In this document: positions 61,539 to 64,000 of the stretch, in pieces | Layout: every line of letters starts with the position of its first letter | Position numbering within the stretch: position 1 is the stretch's first letter | Origin: Prevotella sp. | GTDB lineage: Bacteria > Bacteroidota > Bacteroidia > Bacteroidales > Bacteroidaceae | Reading direction: 5' to 3' | DNA: 64,000 nt | Assembly (NCBI GenBank): GCA_051869235.1 | Contig: JBJEAS010000091.1 | Span: forward strand, 7,343 to 71,342 | Translations under genes and position numbers: made by a program | The notes under the pieces: generated by a model | What the model was told of the DNA's origin: nothing | What the model saw: only the letters and a program-made list of their open reading frames with translations | Database searches by the model: none

Positions 61539-61696
61539 GAGTGCAAAGGTAATGCTTTTTTTCCAATCTTGCAAACTTTTTTATATGTTTAAAAACACTT
61601 TCTATGTATTAATGCTATTTTGGGCGGATTTTTAACATTTATATGCTAAATTTCTTCACTGTTGCTGAACATTTTCCATAATTGTGTGTGAAAGAA

Positions 61697-61740
61697 AAAG
61701 GACTGACTCTATATCCATAAATGGCAAGAACCAGTCCTTT
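61697..61740 (-). terminator. Terminator of atp operon
   Basis: AAAGGACTG...CAGTCCTTT hairpin with T-run on - strand. Confidence 0.7.
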
Positions 61741-61784
61741 AACCTATGAAACAGTTGAATGATTTTCCTGAGAAAACAATAATG

Positions 61785-62756
61785 CTAATTGTTTACACTG
61801 CCTCCTACGATGTCGAGCAACTCACTTGTAATAGCTTGTTGACGGCTCTTGTTGTATTGGAGATTAAGTCCACGTAGCAGTTCGTCGGCATTGTCGGTAG
61901 CTGTCTGCATGGCAACCATACGTGCTGCATGCTCACTTGCAATGCTGTCAAGCAAGGCGGTATATAGCATGAGATGCGCCATCTTCGGTATGAGTGCGCT
62001 AAGCACGGTGTCCATATCCGGCTCGACAATGAAATTGCTGTTCAGCGGCTTACCGTCGAGAGTGCCTCTATGCTCGCCACGCTCTGCATCGCGCTTGCGA
62101 AGGTATTCCTGAGCGTCCTTCGTTGTCACGGTAGACTTCAGGTCACGTTCGTGGTCGCGTGTAAGCTCGTCGGTGAGGTCGATGGGCAAGAATATCTTGC
62201 GTGTAAGAATCTGCGAACCTGCGCTCTTAAAATGATGGTAGATCATTTCTACGCGGTCTATCTCACCCTTCACGAATCTCGATCCAAGCTCGCGTGCCAA
62301 TTCGATGCATTGCTTTGCATTAGGCTTCTCGGCGAGGTCGTTGTAGTTGCCCGCAATCTGAAAGCCCAACTTGGCTGCCTTTTCCGCCACTTTACGTCCT
62401 ATGGGATAGATGACGATGTTCTCCTTACCCAGAGCTTCGTATTCGGCCGCCACCTGCTGCATCAACTTTATGACGTTGGCATTGAAACCGCCACAGAGGC
62501 TGCTGTTTGACGAATAGACTACAAGTGCCACACGCTTGACGGGACGCTCAGTGGTAAGCACACTTGAAGCATCAGCCTCTGAGGCGAGGAAGGTCTTCAG
62601 GATGTGCTCGAGCATAGTCTCGTAAGGCAGCATATTCTCTATCATCACTTGTGCATGGTGCAGTTTCGACGATGCCACCATCTTCATGGCACTCGTAATC
62701 TTACGCGTGCTGTTGACTGACGATATTCTCGTCTTTATTTCTTTAAGCGACGGCAT
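61785..62756 (-). CDS. atpG: F1F0 ATP synthase gamma subunit
   Basis: LKEIK.RI.SV.ST.KITSAMKMVA, LCGGFN, SEHAARM.AM..ATDNA, RQ.AIT.E. Confidence 0.97.
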   Translation of the reverse strand: MPSLKEIKTRISSVNSTRKITSAMKMVASSKLHHAQVMIENMLPYETMLEHILKTFLASEADASSVLTTERPVKRVALVVYSSNSSLCGGFNANVIKLMQQVAAEYEALGKENIVIYPIGRKVAEKAAKLGFQIAGNYNDLAEKPNAKQCIELARELGSRFVKGEIDRVEMIYHHFKSAGSQILTRKIFLPIDLTDELTRDHERDLKSTVTTKDAQEYLRKRDAERGEHRGTLDGKPLNSNFIVEPDMDTVLSALIPKMAHLMLYTALLDSIASEHAARMVAMQTATDNADELLRGLNLQYNKSRQQAITSELLDIVGGSVNN

Positions 62757-62762
62757 AGGCTA

Positions 62763-64000
62763 TCAGCGTTTATATTGTCCGGCAATGTCGGCCATAGTAG
62801 CCTCAATGACAGAAGTTACGCTGTCGTCGATTTTGCCTGAGGCCAACGTCTCTATTACTTCTGGATGTGCAGAGCGCAGCTTGTCGAGGAACGAGTCCTG
62901 ACACTGGCGTACGCTTTCAACAGGAACATCGTGCATCAAGCCATGTGTTCCGCAATAGATTATTGCAATCTGCTCGCCTACAGGCATAGGGCTATACTGC
63001 GGCTGAATGAGGAGTTGGTTGTTCTTGCGTCCACGGTCGATGGTCATGGCTGTTACAGGGTCCATGTCGCTTGAGAACTTCGAGAATGCCTCAAGCTCAC
63101 GATACTGTGCCATGTCAATCTTCAGCGTTCCTGCCACCTTCTTCATACTCTTGATTTGTGCGGAACCACCCACACGAGACACCGAGATACCAACGTTGAT
63201 GGCTGGACGGAAACCCTGGTTGAAGAGGTCGCTCTCAAGATATATCTGTCCGTCGGTGATGGAAATCACGTTGGTTGGGATATAAGCCGACACATCGCCT
63301 GCCTGTGTCTCGATGATAGGAAGTGCTGTAAGCGAGCCACCACCCTTCACATGACCCTTCATGCACTCTGGCAGGTCGTTCATCTGCTCTGCCACTTCCT
63401 GCTGGTCGTTGATGCGTGCAGCACGCTCAAGCAGACGGCTGTGCAGATAGAACACGTCGCCGGGGTAGGCCTCACGTCCAGAAGGACGACGAAGGATAAG
63501 CGACACCTCTCGATAGGCAACGGCCTGCTTTGAAAGGTCGTCGTAGACAACGAGAGCGCTCTCTCCACGGTCGCGGAAATACTCTCCTATGGCAGCACCC
63601 GCAAAAGGTGCATAGTACTGCATGGCGGCTGGGTCGGCAGCTGTTGCCGAAACGACGATTGTGTAAGGCATGGCTCCATGCTGCTTTAGATTCTCGACGA
63701 GGGCGGCAACAGTAGACGCCTTCTGACCGATGGCAACATAGATGCAATACACAGGCTTTCCAGCCTCATAGAAACTCTTCTGATTGATGATGGTATCAAC
63801 GGCGATGGCTGTCTTGCCCGTTTGACGGTCGCCGATGATGAGCTCACGCTGTCCGCGTCCGATAGGAATCATCGAGTCAACACCCTTGAGTCCGGTTTGC
63901 AGCGGCTCCTTAACCGGTTGGCGATAGATAACTCCTGGAGCCTTTCTGTCAAGCGGCATTTCAAACGCTCCGGTGAGGTCGATGTCACCCTTTCCGTCGA
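62763..64000 (-). CDS. atpA: F1F0 ATP synthase alpha subunit (5' part outside window)
   Basis: [49 protein letters not shown]. Confidence 0.98.
   Translation of the reverse strand, partial: DGKGDIDLTGAFEMPLDRKAPGVIYRQPVKEPLQTGLKGVDSMIPIGRGQRELIIGDRQTGKTAIAVDTIINQKSFYEAGKPVYCIYVAIGQKASTVAALVENLKQHGAMPYTIVVSATAADPAAMQYYAPFAGAAIGEYFRDRGESALVVYDDLSKQAVAYREVSLILRRPSGREAYPGDVFYLHSRLLERAARINDQQEVAEQMNDLPECMKGHVKGGGSLTALPIIETQAGDVSAYIPTNVISITDGQIYLESDLFNQGFRPAINVGISVSRVGGSAQIKSMKKVAGTLKIDMAQYRELEAFSKFSSDMDPVTAMTIDRGRKNNQLLIQPQYSPMPVGEQIAIIYCGTHGLMHDVPVESVRQCQDSFLDKLRSAHPEVIETLASGKIDDSVTSVIEATMADIAGQYKR

Overview
Chromosomal segment of a Bacteroidota (Prevotella-like) genome, judged from the gene content and the many TAnnTTTG (-7) promoters. 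It is mostly housekeeping: nusB, rplY, pth, purN, yhhQ-queF, two tRNA-Arg(ACG), htpG, map, tsaD, rpmB-rpmG, ftsY, rimO, mnmE, udp, a primary-type sigma factor, panCD, rsmG, rsmE, lspA, ileS, carB, a methylmalonyl-CoA mutase/Na+-decarboxylase cluster and atpA/atpG. There are two accessory patches. The first (about 21.5-25.5 kb) is an integrase-less cassette (hypothetical, VirE-N/BT4734 plus DUF3987 split by a -1 frameshift at an A7 tract, HU-like gene) bracketed by copies of a 21-28 bp repeat in direct and inverted orientation. The second (about 54.3-59.8 kb) is a decayed restriction-modification island with 22-bp-periodic repeat arrays. The most unusual non-coding signals are three stand-alone promoter-to-terminator candidate sRNAs (about 7.75-7.97 kb, 30.74-30.81 kb and 61.45-61.54 kb). 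Two share a GGT...TAAGGT motif and the third carries its complement, suggesting an sRNA/sponge circuit. There is also a preQ1-I-like riboswitch directly before yhhQ-queF. All calls are by eye from sequence and family knowledge; no searches were run.
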